DNA of 16,923 nt from contig JAEOTP010000055.1 of NCBI GenBank assembly GCA_016839765.1, positions 1 through 16,923 on the forward strand, written 5' to 3'. Positions 16,183 to 16,923 of the stretch are shown here, one piece after another; within the stretch, counting starts at the first letter, position 1, and the number at the start of each line of letters is the position of its first letter. Source of the DNA: Promethearchaeota archaeon (GTDB lineage Archaea > Asgardarchaeota > Lokiarchaeia > Sigyniarchaeales > SOKP01). The position numbers and the translations under genes are program-made. The notes beneath the pieces are model-generated. The model was not told the DNA's origin and did not search any database. It saw only the letters and a list, made by a program, of their open reading frames with translations.

Positions 16183-16313
16183 GCCTCAAATTACACAAAT
16201 CATAAAAGATTTATTTTTAGCATAATTTCTTAATTTACAAAAGAATGTTTATCTTTACTGAAGTCTAAATTCAGTATCGATAAAGAATTAAAAATAATTT
16301 GGTGACGAATTAT

Positions 16314-16583
16314 ATGAGTGTTTATGATATTGGAAGAGTTTGTGTAAAAACTATGGGAAGAGAAGCGGGAAACTACTGTGTTGTAGTAGATATCATTGAT
16401 AAAAACTATATTATAATTGATGGTTTAAAAATCCGAAGAAGAAGAGTTAATTACAAGCATATTGAACCATTACCTGAGCTAGTTGAAATTAAAAAAGGTG
16501 CTAAACACGAAGACGTCGAGGCGGCTATTAAAAAAGCTAAATTAGATAAAAAAATGAAAGAGATTGTTCAAATTCCTAAATAA
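16314..16583 (+). CDS. rpl14e: 50S ribosomal protein L14e
   Basis: IGRVCVKTMGREAG..CVVVDIID, RRRVN.KHIEP. Start moved to ATG 16314, after the GGTGA SD at 16301-16305. Confidence 0.95.
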   Translation: MSVYDIGRVCVKTMGREAGNYCVVVDIIDKNYIIIDGLKIRRRRVNYKHIEPLPELVEIKKGAKHEDVEAAIKKAKLDKKMKEIVQIPK

Positions 16584-16613
16584 CTGAAATTTACTAAATA
16601 AATTCAACTTTAT

Positions 16614-16728
16614 GCAAGCGTAGCGTAGCCTGGTAACGCGCTGGCTTGGAGAGGAAAAAAGAACCAATTTCTGCCCCCATTTAGCCAGTGTGGGCAACCA
16701 CTCGGGGGTTCAAATCCCTCCGCTTGCG
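16614..16728 (+). tRNA. tRNA-Ser (anticodon GGA) with a 31-nt intron at 37/38
   Basis: Acceptor GCAAGCG/CGCTTGC plus G73, anticodon stem CTGGC/GCCAG with GGA at 16648-16650, intron 16652-16682, long variable arm GTGG-GCAA-CCAC, T arm GGGGG-TTCAAAT-CCCTC, followed by a T-tract. Confidence 0.92.
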
Positions 16729-16763
16729 CTTTTTTTATATTATTTTTCTTCCTAAATCAGAAT

Positions 16764-16922
16764 CTAAACATCAGGAAATTCCAGAGATTTTACTTTACCG
16801 CCACCCATCATCTGTCCCATTCCACCAGAAGCTTGAGTTTGTAACTTGAAAATTCTTTGTATTAAAGTATTTATCCCAAGACTGCAAAGAAAATACCACG
16901 CGGTAAAACCGATCCATCCATG
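16764..16922 (-). CDS. EMC3/TMCO1 (DUF106, Oxa1-superfamily) membrane insertase, C-terminal part (starts beyond the window's right edge)
   Basis: Manual translation: ...HGWIGFTAWYFLCSLGINTLIQRIFKLQTQASGGMGQMMGGGKVKSLEFPDV*. WYFLCS followed by an amphipathic helix is typical of DUF106/EMC3, a family normally found beside rpl34e. Confidence 0.8.
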   Translation of the reverse strand, partial: HGWIGFTAWYFLCSLGINTLIQRIFKLQTQASGGMGQMMGGGKVKSLEFPDV

Positions 16923-16923
16923 A

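Noticed and set aside
16299-16313. TTG start for L14e
   Set aside because: It overlaps the GGTGA SD; ATG 16314 gives the expected N-terminus.
16641-16690. Reading this tRNA as Pro (TGG)
   Set aside because: The stem CTGGC/GCCAG puts GGA at positions 34-36; the long variable arm and G73 indicate Ser.
1-16923. CRISPR array, IS or provirus, SECIS element, internal-UGA selenoprotein
   Set aside because: No spaced repeats, transposase or integrase seen. No convincing AUGA...GA SECIS hairpin was found in the spacers examined by eye, and no gene appears split at a TGA. A computational SECIS search was not possible.

Overview
AT-rich archaeal core-genome segment, most likely Lokiarchaeia (Asgard); this is inferred from the gene set, not searched. 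It holds part of the selenocysteine machinery: the 5' end of selB (minus strand, missed by the ORF track) and a tRNA-Sec(UCA) directly upstream of SepSecS. There is a rare tRNA-Ile with a UAU anticodon and two BHB-type introns, preceded by a degenerate copy of its own 5' end, and an intron-containing tRNA-Ser(GGA). Metabolic genes: two tandem CoA-pyrophosphatase Nudix genes, an M29 aminopeptidase, a DUF62 / Nudix-NadM fusion / rtcA operon and a secreted C45 Ntn-hydrolase. Possible eukaryote-like membrane-remodelling genes: a Vps28-like gene behind a Zn-ribbon/Yip1-like membrane protein, a Zn-ribbon/CdvA-like coiled coil, and two small coiled-coil proteins followed by a longin-like/TPR protein. 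The window ends with rpl34e-cmk-rpl14e-tRNA-Ser, convergent with the 3' end of an EMC3/TMCO1 (DUF106) gene. No CRISPR array, transposase or integrase was seen. Family assignments come from motif recognition by eye.
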